Assembly (NCBI GenBank): GCA_029880545.1
Contig: JAOUOD010000003.1
Span: 79,222-143,221, forward strand
Origin: Gammaproteobacteria bacterium
GTDB taxonomy: Bacteria; Pseudomonadota; Gammaproteobacteria; Acidiferrobacterales; SZUA-150
Reading direction: 5' to 3'
Length of the DNA: 64,000 nt
The first letter of the stretch is position 1; each line of letters opens with the position of its first letter. Shown here piece after piece: positions 28,522-37,229 of the stretch. Both the position numbers and the translations under genes were made by a program. The notes beneath the pieces are model-generated. The model did not search any database, had not been told where the DNA came from, and saw only the letters and a list, made by a program, of their open reading frames with translations.

Positions 28522-30057
28522 TCAGCCAATCTTGCTCTGGTTCCCGATTCTGTTGGTGCCAGGCAACTCTATCCAGAAGGTGCTGCCTTGGCCCGGCATG
28601 CTGATAACGCCGATTTTTCCGTCCATCAATTCCACCAGGCTTTTGGAGATTACCAGGCCAATGCCTGCGCCTTCTACATTCACCGTGGGATTTAACCGGT
28701 GAAACGGTGAAAACAGGCTTTCAACCTGTGTATCGGTCATGCCTTCACCGTCGTCGGTAACGGATATTCTCAGGGTGTCGGGGGCAGTGAATTCTTGGGT
28801 AATGCGGACTTCTCCACCATCCCTGTTGTACTTGACAGCGTTGGACAACAGGTTGATCAGTACCTGTTTCAACCGGGAGAAGTCAGCCAGGACCTGGCAT
28901 TGATGGCCGTTGGTGTTATCGACCACTGTGATGTGTCGGTGGTTCGCAAGTTGCCGTATTAACGGGAGACAGTCATCGATTATTTCGCCGACCGAAACCG
29001 GCTCCAGGAATACCTCCATTTTTCCGGATTCGATCTTGCCCAGATCCAGAATTTCATTAATTAGAAAAAGCAGATGATGTCCGGCCTTTAAAATCTCGTC
29101 GAGATTTTCCTGTTGCCCTTCATCGAGTCGGCCTTCTTCCAGGCCCAGGACCTGGGCAAAACCCAGTATTGCGTTCAGCGGTGTGCGTAATTCGTGGCTC
29201 ATTCGGGACAGGAATTCGGATTTTACCTGGCTTGCCCTAACAGCCTCGTTTTTAGCAGCTTCCAGTTCCCGGGTCCTCTCGGCGACCCGATGTTCAAGCA
29301 TCAGGTTGTGTGTCTCCAATAACTCCTGTTGTTGCTTTATTTGGCCGGAAGCCCAGTTGAGGGAGTTCATCAGTGCGCTAAGTTCCGAGGTTGTGCTGTG
29401 CAGGGTAATCGTGTTGCCCCGCCCTTGTGGCAGGTTTGCCGAGAAATCAGTCAAGACCGCTAGAGAGGCCAGCCGTAACCTGAGAAAAAAAATCGTGGTC
29501 AAGGATGTGACTAATAGTATTGATACTCCAATTGCGAGAATTTCCAGAATTATCTGGTATTTGAATGATTGTATATTGTCGTCGCCGGAGGTGATAGACA
29601 TCCAGGCCACTATTTGCCCGGAAAAGGAGACCGGCACGCGGACTAACAGGCTGCCGTCCGACGTGTAATTTGCATGCTCGGTGTCAAAATCCGGGTCGGC
29701 GATTCCGTAGCGATACGTGGGAATCATGTTCCCGTCTTTTGATGCCTCCAGCTCGATTAGAACCAGGCCGCGGGGACTGAAAATTGTTATGAGATCGATT
29801 TCGTCAAGACCGCCAAGCGCAGACAATTGCTGTTCGACAACAACGTAATTGTTCTCGTAGACATCAAGATTGATAATCGTGGCGATACTCCTTGCCAATC
29901 CGGTTATTCGGACTGTTTTGGACGCCTCCGTATTTCGTACTTGCCGGTTATAGTCAATAAAGCCAATAACAACTATAGCGATCGTATAGGTCGCTATAAA
30001 TATTAGTGTCAATTGTGTGCCAAGAGTGTACTTGCTCAGCTGATGATTCAAGGACAT
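28522..30057 (-). CDS. Membrane sensor histidine kinase (no receiver domain)
   Basis: Start trimmed to the ATG at 30057 (MSLNHQLSKYTLGTQLTLIFIATY...), 1 nt after the upstream gene's stop. H-box: SHELRTPLNAILGF. ATPase boxes: LLSNAVKY, DDGEGM, GAGIGLVISKSLVELM. Confidence 0.85.
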   Translation of the reverse strand: MSLNHQLSKYTLGTQLTLIFIATYTIAIVVIGFIDYNRQVRNTEASKTVRITGLARSIATIINLDVYENNYVVVEQQLSALGGLDEIDLITIFSPRGLVLIELEASKDGNMIPTYRYGIADPDFDTEHANYTSDGSLLVRVPVSFSGQIVAWMSITSGDDNIQSFKYQIILEILAIGVSILLVTSLTTIFFLRLRLASLAVLTDFSANLPQGRGNTITLHSTTSELSALMNSLNWASGQIKQQQELLETHNLMLEHRVAERTRELEAAKNEAVRASQVKSEFLSRMSHELRTPLNAILGFAQVLGLEEGRLDEGQQENLDEILKAGHHLLFLINEILDLGKIESGKMEVFLEPVSVGEIIDDCLPLIRQLANHRHITVVDNTNGHQCQVLADFSRLKQVLINLLSNAVKYNRDGGEVRITQEFTAPDTLRISVTDDGEGMTDTQVESLFSPFHRLNPTVNVEGAGIGLVISKSLVELMDGKIGVISMPGQGSTFWIELPGTNRIGNQSKIG

Positions 30058-30058
30058 A

Positions 30059-30877
30059 TCAATCAATGAGATCCTTGTACATATTTCGCACCAATGGCTC
30101 GATTTTCCTGTAATCCCGATTGTAGTCGGCGACAACCGGCTTCTGCAGCTTGATAGTTTTGAGAAGCTGTTTCCCGTTGTCACTTTTTTCCATGTTCAGG
30201 ATGGCATTCTGAATTGTACGACGTATTTTTTCAGGTACCCCGGGATGTACCATAATGGGATGTGACTTCATGCCAGGTGTGACATATATGGTTTTCAGTT
30301 GATCCCTGAGCCTGACCTGTTCGCTCTCCAGTGTCCTTTTAATCCCGCCACCAGCGGATGCAGTTCCGATTAATACAGCGCGATAGGTATTGTCATGAGA
30401 GGCTGTATATACAGGGTTATAGGAAATCCCGAAGTCGGACTTGATTATAGATTGTATATACAGGGATGCCGCGAACGCATTTTTGTCAGGAAACGCGATG
30501 GTTTTTCCGGCGAGTTGCCTGATATCGGTAATACCGCTGTCTTTTTTAACGACGACTATTCCCTCGAGGAGCTTTCGCCCGCTTCGAATTATCGGTATAT
30601 AGCCGTGCCTGATGTGTCCGACGACCCCGTACCCGGGATTGCCATAATAAAAATCGACGGCACCATGCCGAATATCTCTTTCAAAGTCATTTCGTTCCGT
30701 GTACACACGAAGTGAAATCGCAACACCGGTGCTTTCGGAAAGTTTTTGGACAAACGGCGTCCACTGTTGCGACGTAATCCGCGCGGCCAACTGGGGTGCC
30801 CGCGCAAATACCAGCTCTTCCTTGGCGGAAACTGTAAAAGCGGATATTAATAGACTGAGAATAACCAGAATTTTCAT
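30059..30877 (-). CDS. PhnD-like (phosphate/phosphonate ABC-type) periplasmic substrate-binding protein
   Basis: 272 aa with a signal peptide. The PhnD-family pattern is LVFARAPQLAARITSQQWTPFVQKLSESTG...AVDFYYGNP...KTIAFPDKNAFAASLY. No ABC permease or ATPase genes are adjacent. It is followed directly by the histidine kinase. Confidence 0.75.
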   Translation of the reverse strand: MKILVILSLLISAFTVSAKEELVFARAPQLAARITSQQWTPFVQKLSESTGVAISLRVYTERNDFERDIRHGAVDFYYGNPGYGVVGHIRHGYIPIIRSGRKLLEGIVVVKKDSGITDIRQLAGKTIAFPDKNAFAASLYIQSIIKSDFGISYNPVYTASHDNTYRAVLIGTASAGGGIKRTLESEQVRLRDQLKTIYVTPGMKSHPIMVHPGVPEKIRRTIQNAILNMEKSDNGKQLLKTIKLQKPVVADYNRDYRKIEPLVRNMYKDLID

Positions 30878-31498
30878 TTTTGATTTCCTGCGCCATCAGG
30901 CAGAACCGGGTAAAGAAACGGACTTTTATCAAATATTAATCATATATAGTGTATTTTTGCACAAAGATAAAAACCCGGCACTTAAGAAATGCGTTAACTA
31001 TTGTGAATATATAGGTTTTAAAAAATGTGGAGATAGCCACCACCGTGAACCGAAGGACCGCCGCCATGTTGTATGGAATACGACAATTCACATTATAGAT
31101 GGCAGATTGAATATATGGATCTACTGATAAAAAGCTGGTATGCACAAGCGCAACCAAAATACCGGCATTTTAGTCATTCAATAACAATCGGGTGACGGAG
31201 ACGCCGGAAGCGAAGAACCAGGAAGGGAGTTCGTGGTAATACAGTTTTGTGTTTGACCGGTCTGGGTGGTTCTTTCGGGCTGCAAGAAGCACCTGTTGTC
31301 CGGAGCCAGTGATAATGAAACCGGGCGGAAGGCGCTTGTAGCCAGAACCTCGAGCAATAGCCTCAAGCGTGTCGCCGGATTTGTCCATGTGTCCAATGGA
31401 GAATCTCGCACAGAGACAAAAATGACACCGGCTCATAAGCCGGATCGGGAATTGTCATGTCTCGATTTTCATTACGGGCGGGGACAGTCATTATATTG

Positions 31499-31885
31499 CT
31501 ACAACTTGTCTGGTTTGGCGGAAAATCCCTTGTTGTCCTTGCCTATAAGGTTGCACAAAATATTGCCAGGTTGGCGAACATTAGCGGTGTTTCTGTTACC
31601 GACCACGTTGCAGGCAGTAATTGAAACACCCGTGCCAAGGTTCAGCGTGTTGTCAGAACCAGTCACATTAAACGCGCTGATACTGGCGTCAATGTTTATG
31701 GTATTGCGGGAGCCGACAATATTCACAGCATCAATGTTGCTGTCGGCAAGGGTTATTGTCTGGCCTGACACGATCAGGTTTCGGGTATTGTCAGCAACTG
31801 AAGATGATGATGTGGTGGAGGTAAAGTGGTAGATCACCGCAGAAAGTGCAATCGCGACGGCCGCGATAGACAGTATTTTGATCAT
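31499..31885 (-). CDS. DUF3060-like secreted/membrane-anchored repeat protein
   Basis: Start trimmed to the ATG at 31885, with GGAGA upstream. An N-terminal hydrophobic anchor (MIKILSIAAVAIALSAVIY) is followed by reiterated G-x-x-N-T-(I/L/A)-N-(I/L/V) units (GSRNTINI, GSDNTLNL, GNRNTANV). Confidence 0.6.
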   Translation of the reverse strand: MIKILSIAAVAIALSAVIYHFTSTTSSSSVADNTRNLIVSGQTITLADSNIDAVNIVGSRNTINIDASISAFNVTGSDNTLNLGTGVSITACNVVGNRNTANVRQPGNILCNLIGKDNKGFSAKPDKL

Positions 31886-32128
31886 ATGTAATTCTCCGAA
31901 AACCGTGATCGATTCAGCCTCGACAAGCCGTGGTGACGACTGCTGATTATGACACTTACTTTGAGTGTACGGGTTTAAAGGATCGCAATATAGGCTGTCA
32001 AACCAGAAGCAACCCCAGGGTCGGACTCCATTATCTGCTTTGGGTTGCCTCCTTGTGAACGGCATTAAGAATAGTGGAATTAGATAATTATAACAGCAAT
32101 GTTAGCATGGTTTGAATATTGGCATTAA

Positions 32129-32320
32129 TTGCTCTCTGATCTTCCTCACCATTTCGGACACGGTTATTTACAAAACCTGCAATTAGCTGCCACCCGATCA
32201 AAACGACACAAACGTGTGGTAATACAACGAGAGCAGCTACAGCCCGAAGCCAATCATCTGAACCGGGCCTTCAAGGCCCAACAGCCCAACCAGAAATGGG
32301 TCAGCGACATAACCTTCATT
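32129..32320 (+). mobile_element. Remnant of an IS3-family transposase (OrfB) gene, truncated on both sides
   Basis: The translation ...LQLAATRSKRHKRVVIQREQLQPEANHLNRAFKAQQPNQKWVSDITFI matches the conserved IS3 OrfB segment (..NLLNRxFxAxxPNxxWVxDITYI). That segment precedes the DDE (rve) core, and the core itself is missing. No start codon and no inverted repeats were seen. Confidence 0.6.
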
Positions 32321-32390
32321 TTAATCTATGACAACTGCCTACAATTTAATTCCTAAGTGCCAAGTTATTTAGCAAAAAAATAAACCCAGG

Positions 32391-32927
32391 TCAGTCGGTT
32401 TCTCTCCAGGCCTTTACTACAAACTTATATCTACCGCTTACTTGTACAGACTCCATATAGTCGGTGGGCGCAGGCGGTATGGGCCCGATATAATCATGCT
32501 TTGTGACCTGGATCGATTTTCCTGAGGTTGTAGCATTTCTCTGTACTACTAAAGAGATTTCATCAGTCTCTGATACATCCCAGAATGAAGGCCCAATGGA
32601 GAACAGCCACAATTCAAAATGGGAGTCCTCGCCATCCGGTCCGGGTACAAGAGGAAACAATCCAATTATTCCTTCTTCGATTGTTATGGTGTACGTTCCA
32701 GACCATACGCTATTGTCCCATGCCGTATAAGTGAAACCGTACGTGCCTGGTTCAACAGAATATTGCTCCTGCAGTATAATGGTAGGCGGAATAGATGGAT
32801 TGTTATCACTATAGCTTACCGGCGGTGCGACCCAGAAGAATGCGAGAAAGGCATCACCATCCTTTCCATCCTGGCAACCTGCCAACATTATGCCAATCAA
32901 CGCGACGACAACTAGCGATTTCTTCAT
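32391..32927 (-). CDS. Lipoprotein of unknown function
   Basis: Start trimmed to the ATG at 32927, with GGAGA upstream. Lipobox: MKKSLVVVALIGIMLAGC. The mature part is beta-rich (YGFTYTAWDNSVWSGTYTITIEEG). I recognise no family. Confidence 0.6.
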   Translation of the reverse strand: MKKSLVVVALIGIMLAGCQDGKDGDAFLAFFWVAPPVSYSDNNPSIPPTIILQEQYSVEPGTYGFTYTAWDNSVWSGTYTITIEEGIIGLFPLVPGPDGEDSHFELWLFSIGPSFWDVSETDEISLVVQRNATTSGKSIQVTKHDYIGPIPPAPTDYMESVQVSGRYKFVVKAWRETD

Positions 32928-33255
32928 ACGATGTCTCCGTAAAAGAGTCAGACTTTGGTGACTATATAAAATCATACTATAATAATGTTCATTCCTTTGC
33001 GATCAAAAATCCTATCTCGAAAAACCTTCCCGTTTGTCCTCGCCCGACCCAAGACCCGGATCAGCCAGAAAGCGGGGCAGCTTGTTCGAGCCCGAGTCGC
33101 GTATTTTGCGACCGGCGAGTTCCCCTAGAACCTCCTTCGGCGTTTCATTAGGGGCTTCCTGAACCAGCCCTGCTGGTTCTGGTGCTGACCGCGCTTTATC
33201 TGGCTGATGGGGCGAAGGGGAGGGTGTTTTGGACAGCCGGGTGTCCTTTCTTTTC

Positions 33256-33289
33256 GCCCCTTTTCTTTGGACAAGCAAAGAAAAGGGGC
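33256..33289. other. Perfect 14-bp stem hairpin in an ORF-free region
   Basis: GCCCCTTTTCTTTG-gacaag-CAAAGAAAAGGGGC. A second hairpin lies at 33365-33384 (ATTCCCC-tttcca-GGGGAAT). Two copies of the palindromic octamer GATTAATC sit at 33401-33408 and 33455-33462. Confidence 0.6.
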
Positions 33290-33470
33290 CTGCCGTTTGG
33301 GCGCGGAAGCCCATTATTAGCAGTTAAAAGACCGCCGGAGGCGGGCCAAATAATAATTTCCTGGATTCCCCTTTCCAGGGGAATGACGGGGAGTGAGACG
33401 GATTAATCAGGGGTCAGAGCTGCCATCTGCTCTGCAGCTGTCAGGTCTTACCCCGATTAATCGTAGAAAA

Positions 33471-33500
33471 AAGACAAAAAAATCCCCGGCAGGGCCGGGG
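33471..33500 (-). terminator. Rho-independent terminator after the YkgJ-like gene
   Basis: The minus strand reads CCCCGGC-cct-GCCGGGG followed by ATTTTTTTGTCTTTTTT. It is about 65 nt downstream of the stop at 33567. Confidence 0.75.
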
Positions 33501-33566
33501 TGTTTCAAATTCTCTAACCACAACGGGTATTTAGTTATTAGTATCCTTGCTAACGCGGCAGTAGCC

Positions 33567-34466
33567 TCAGCGGTTTTCGCGTTCGGCCTTGGCGCGCTGG
33601 GCCGCGGCCTCCGCTTCCAGGCGTGCCAATTCGCGGGTTTCTTCGGCGCGTTTTTTCAGGTGCGCTTCGCGGGCTTCGTGGGCGTTTTCTTTCTCATTGA
33701 TGGTTTTTTCGCCGTAAAGCACTTGTCTCAGGAAGCGGACGCCGAAATCCAGCACAGCGACCTTGTCGGTCTTGAGTTGTTCGATCAGCTCCGGCTCCAG
33801 CTCGAATGAGCCCAGGAACTGGTCGCTGAGCACGAATTCCTGAAACTGGTCCACATTATAGCTGGCCATGAAGAATAGCTGCAGGCTTTGTTTGGACGGG
33901 GTGCCAATCGATGGTCCGGCTGATTTTTTCTTTAAAATCAACTGTCTCCAGCCACGTGTGTGCTCGTCGTAGACGTCAACCCCCTGTTCTGCGCGGTATT
34001 CGCCGACGCTCAGGGGGCGGTCTTCCTGGTGGCCCAGGCAGTGCTCCTCAGACACCAGGGCGTAGCTCTGCTCGTCGGTGGCAGCGTCCTTGTGCTTGAT
34101 GGACAAGAGGCCCAGCGGGTAGTAGCGGCAGGCTGTAGGGCGATTCTCGTAGACGGAGCAGCCTTCTTCGGTCATGAACTGGCAGGCGGTACCGCCGTCG
34201 ACGGGCCGGAATTTGACCCCGGGCATGCCCTGGGCGTCCATTTCGAAGGGAATGGTGTACTTGGGCAGGAATTCTGCCGAGCTCATTCCCAGGTGTTGCT
34301 GCAGCCGCAGGATGTCGTAGGGCGCCAGCGTGATATCGATGTTTTTGCAGCAGGCATTGAAGCAGGCAATGTCCTTGTGACAGCGAAAGCTCAGGCGGCT
34401 GTCGTCGGTCAGCATATTGGGCACGACCGGGCTCTGGTTGGGAGGATTCAGGTTATTGTCGCTCAT
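33567..34466 (-). CDS. YkgJ-family (UPF0153, CxxCxxCC) Cys-cluster protein with a charged coiled-coil tail
   Basis: 299 aa. Signature motifs are CHKDIACFNACCKNIDITLAPYDILRL and ACQFMTEEGCSVYENRPTACRYYP. The C-terminal about 45 aa are Glu/Arg/Ala/Lys-rich (HLKKRAEETRELARLEAEAAAQRAKAERENR). Confidence 0.8.
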   Translation of the reverse strand: MSDNNLNPPNQSPVVPNMLTDDSRLSFRCHKDIACFNACCKNIDITLAPYDILRLQQHLGMSSAEFLPKYTIPFEMDAQGMPGVKFRPVDGGTACQFMTEEGCSVYENRPTACRYYPLGLLSIKHKDAATDEQSYALVSEEHCLGHQEDRPLSVGEYRAEQGVDVYDEHTRGWRQLILKKKSAGPSIGTPSKQSLQLFFMASYNVDQFQEFVLSDQFLGSFELEPELIEQLKTDKVAVLDFGVRFLRQVLYGEKTINEKENAHEAREAHLKKRAEETRELARLEAEAAAQRAKAERENR

Positions 34467-34531
34467 AGTGAGTTCCTACTGCTGATAATTGGTACTGGGA
34501 AATCAATAACTTACAGGACTTCCGGTAGAGG

Positions 34532-34564
34532 AAAAAAAAGTCCGGGTACCGAAGTACCCGGACT
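34532..34564 (-). terminator. Strong rho-independent terminator directly after aprA
   Basis: The minus strand reads AGTCCGGGTAC-ttcg-GTACCCGGACT followed by TTTTTTTT. It is about 40 nt after the aprA stop. Confidence 0.85.
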
Positions 34565-34604
34565 CTTTCGTCTATATGGGGTTAAAACTTCACCCCACAA
34601 GCCC

Positions 34605-36587
34605 TTACTTGAACAGCTTGGACTTGTCGACCAGATCCACGTGAGCACGCTTGAAGCATGTCCACTTGTGGGTGTTGCGGTCGTAAATAGAGTTCACAAA
34701 GCACTTCCAGTTTTCTTCGTCCACGAAGTTCTTGTCGGTACGGTAGTAGAAACCGGGGTACCGAGACTCTTCACGGAACTGGATGTGTTTCATGTGAGCT
34801 TCCGCGGTCAGGATGCGGTGATAGTTTTCCCAGGCACGCAGCAGTTCATGCAGGTCCTTGGCACGCATCTTGGCGGCGTCTTCCTTCAGCATTTCCAGCT
34901 TTTCTTCAGCCACTGCGAGCATATGCTCGTTAGTGTTGTAGTAAGTGGCAACGCCGGCTACATATTCGTCCATGATCTTCTGCAGACGGAACTGCAGCAT
35001 CTTTGGAGTGATGTAGTGGGGGTTAACGTCGATCGCGGTGGTGTAGTCCTTGAACTCCAGGAAGGTCTTGACCGGCTGGTAAACTTCTTCAACCAACTGC
35101 TCGGTAGAACGTTCCAGCTCAGGCTTCCAGTCCTTGTTGTCCATGCAGAACTTGACCATGGCCTTGGCAGCCAGGCGGCCTTCAGCGTGAGAACCTGAAG
35201 AGAACTTGTGACCAGAGGCGCCAACGCCGTCACCAGCGGTGAACAGACCCTTAATGGTGGTCATGGAGCGGTAGCCCCAGTTCCAGCCCTTCGGCAGGTG
35301 ATCAGGAACACCGGCTTCAGACTCGTCGGTAGGAGCACCGACGTCAGTTGGGCCAGATACCCAGATACCGCAGCAACCGGAGTGAGAGCCCAGCAGGTAA
35401 GGTTCGGTAGGCATCAATTCTGAGTTCTTCTTCTCAGGTTCAATGTTTTCACCAACCCAGATACCACACTGACCAACGCACATGTCCAGGAAGTCTTCCC
35501 AGGCTTCAGCTTCAAGGTGCTTAACTTCGCGAGGAGAAAGGGTTTCTTTCAGGTTCGCAAGGGCGGTAACGGTGTCCATGTAGATAGGACCACGACCTTC
35601 CTTCATTTCCTTGAGCATCAGGTGGTTACGCAGACAAGAAGCAGGAACAGCAGCCTGACCATACGGAGGATAGTCGTTCAGCATTTCCTTGTTGCGATCC
35701 ATGTACACTTCGCCGAAAGCGTTAGTGGCCTTGGCCTTGAACAGCAGGAACCATGCACCAACCGGACCGTAACCGTCCTTGAAACGGGCAGGTACGAAGC
35801 GGTTTTCCATCATGGTCAGTTCTGCTCCGGCCTGTGCGGCCATGGCATAGGTAGAACCTGCGTTCCATACCGGGTACCACGCACGACCCTGGCCTTCACC
35901 CACTGAACGCGGACGGAACAGGTTTACGCAACCACCGGCTGCCAGCAGGCAAGCCTTGAACTTGTAGACAAATACCTTGTGCTCACGAACTGAGAAACCG
36001 ACGGCACCGGCGATGCGGCTCGGGTCGTTCTTGTCGTTGATCAGTTCTACGATGAAAACACGTTCCTGGATGTTGTCCACGCCCAGTGCCTTCTTCGCAG
36101 CTTCGGCTACGATCCACTTGTAGGATTCACCGTTGATCATGATCTGCCACTTACCGGAGCGTACGGGCTTGCCGCCGTCCTTCAGGGGAGTCATGCCCTT
36201 GGAACCGTCGTGACGCTCACCGTTCTCGTCGGTCTTCCAGATTGGCAGACCCCACTCTTCGAACAGGTGTACAGATTCGTCAACGTGGCGGCCCAGGTCA
36301 TAAGCCAGGTCATCACGGGTGATACCCATCAGGTCGTTGGATACCATGCGGGCATAGTCCGCAGGATCCTGCTCGGAACCGATGTAGGTGTTGATAGCAG
36401 ACAGACCCTGTGCAACCGCGCCAGAGCGATCCATAGCAGCCTTGTCTACCAGTTTGATTTTAAGGTCAGTGCCTTCTGCCCAGCGCATGATTTCAAATGC
36501 AGCGCCACAGCAGGCCATGCCTCCGCCGATAAGAAGAATGTCTACTTCTTCTTCGACGATTTCAGGATTACCAAATTCTCCTGCCAT
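34605..36587 (-). CDS. aprA: Adenylylsulfate (APS) reductase, alpha (FAD) subunit
   Basis: 660 aa. The N-terminal FAD-binding fold is VDILLIGGGMACCGAAFE. The sequence is AprA-like throughout (WQIMINGESYK, GSHSGCCGIWVSGP, TAGDGVGASGHKFSSGSHAEGR). It is preceded by aprB. Confidence 0.97.
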   Translation of the reverse strand: MAGEFGNPEIVEEEVDILLIGGGMACCGAAFEIMRWAEGTDLKIKLVDKAAMDRSGAVAQGLSAINTYIGSEQDPADYARMVSNDLMGITRDDLAYDLGRHVDESVHLFEEWGLPIWKTDENGERHDGSKGMTPLKDGGKPVRSGKWQIMINGESYKWIVAEAAKKALGVDNIQERVFIVELINDKNDPSRIAGAVGFSVREHKVFVYKFKACLLAAGGCVNLFRPRSVGEGQGRAWYPVWNAGSTYAMAAQAGAELTMMENRFVPARFKDGYGPVGAWFLLFKAKATNAFGEVYMDRNKEMLNDYPPYGQAAVPASCLRNHLMLKEMKEGRGPIYMDTVTALANLKETLSPREVKHLEAEAWEDFLDMCVGQCGIWVGENIEPEKKNSELMPTEPYLLGSHSGCCGIWVSGPTDVGAPTDESEAGVPDHLPKGWNWGYRSMTTIKGLFTAGDGVGASGHKFSSGSHAEGRLAAKAMVKFCMDNKDWKPELERSTEQLVEEVYQPVKTFLEFKDYTTAIDVNPHYITPKMLQFRLQKIMDEYVAGVATYYNTNEHMLAVAEEKLEMLKEDAAKMRAKDLHELLRAWENYHRILTAEAHMKHIQFREESRYPGFYYRTDKNFVDEENWKCFVNSIYDRNTHKWTCFKRAHVDLVDKSKLFK

Positions 36588-36620
36588 TTTCTTTTCCTCT
36601 CTTAAGCTAAAAGTTCAGGC

Positions 36621-37088
36621 TTACTTGCGGATCAGTTCGGCTGGATCGCCAGCGCGGTAACCGTTCTCGTTGTTGAAGAAGCCAGGCTCGTCGATCTTGG
36701 CCATGTCGGCAGCAGGCTTGCCTGCATAAGGATCGATGGAGCCTTCAGCAGTCGTACGGATCGGGAACTTGAAGCGCTTCAAGGTACCGTTGCGGAACTT
36801 GATGGTCCACATGATGGAGTCAGTACCGCGCAGAGGCTGTACGGAACCACCCAGGGGAACGATATCCGCATAGTGACGGGCTTCGATTGCGTTCTGAGGA
36901 CAAATCTTCACGCAGCTGTAGCATTCCCAGCACTGTTCCGGTTCCTGGTTGTAGGACTTCATGGCGTGGCCGGTTTCAGAGCCATCCTTGTCCAGTTTCA
37001 TGAGATCGTGCGGGCAGATGTACATGCAAGCGGTCTTGTCCTGACCCTTACATCCGTCGCATTTCTCGGTTCTAACAAAAGTAGGCAT
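36621..37088 (-). CDS. aprB: Adenylylsulfate reductase, beta (2x[4Fe-4S]) subunit
   Basis: 155 aa: MPTFVRTEKCDGCKGQDKTACMYICPHDLMKLD...CWECYSCVKICPQNAI. The C-terminal tail is typical of AprB. GGAGGG lies upstream. Confidence 0.95.
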   Translation of the reverse strand: MPTFVRTEKCDGCKGQDKTACMYICPHDLMKLDKDGSETGHAMKSYNQEPEQCWECYSCVKICPQNAIEARHYADIVPLGGSVQPLRGTDSIMWTIKFRNGTLKRFKFPIRTTAEGSIDPYAGKPAADMAKIDEPGFFNNENGYRAGDPAELIRK

Positions 37089-37123
37089 ATCAGCCCTCCG
37101 TTTTATTTTCAGTTTTCAACGTT

Positions 37124-37143
37124 GAAAAATGGGGGTCTCCCCC
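37124..37143 (-). terminator. Terminator-like hairpin (possible attenuator) between sat and aprB
   Basis: The minus strand reads GGGGG-aga-CCCCC followed by ATTTTTC. The stem is short, so termination is probably partial. Confidence 0.45.
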
Positions 37144-37229
37144 AAATTGCATTTCTGCAATGCTTTCTGCCTGGCCGACCCCGGCTAGTGCTAGCCCGGG
37201 TCGGCTGGACAAAACCTGTAGCCGGAAGA

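Noticed and set aside
31170-31436. 88-aa minus-strand ORF in the AT-rich gap (…MDKSGDTLEAIARGSGYKRLPPGFIITGSGQQVLLAARKNHPDRSNTKLYYHELPSWFF…)
   Set aside because: It looks protein-like and could be a small accessory or mobile-element-related gene. However, I recognise no family, see no clear Shine-Dalgarno, and the start is ambiguous. It is mentioned under the accessory-patch finding rather than called as a feature.
33960-35198. 412-aa plus-strand ORF, the longest unexplained ORF in the track
   Set aside because: It lies exactly antisense to aprA and the YkgJ-like gene, both of which have unmistakable family signatures. The translation is Val/Gly/Ala/Leu-rich low-complexity sequence with no motifs. 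This is a typical shadow ORF in GC-biased coding DNA.
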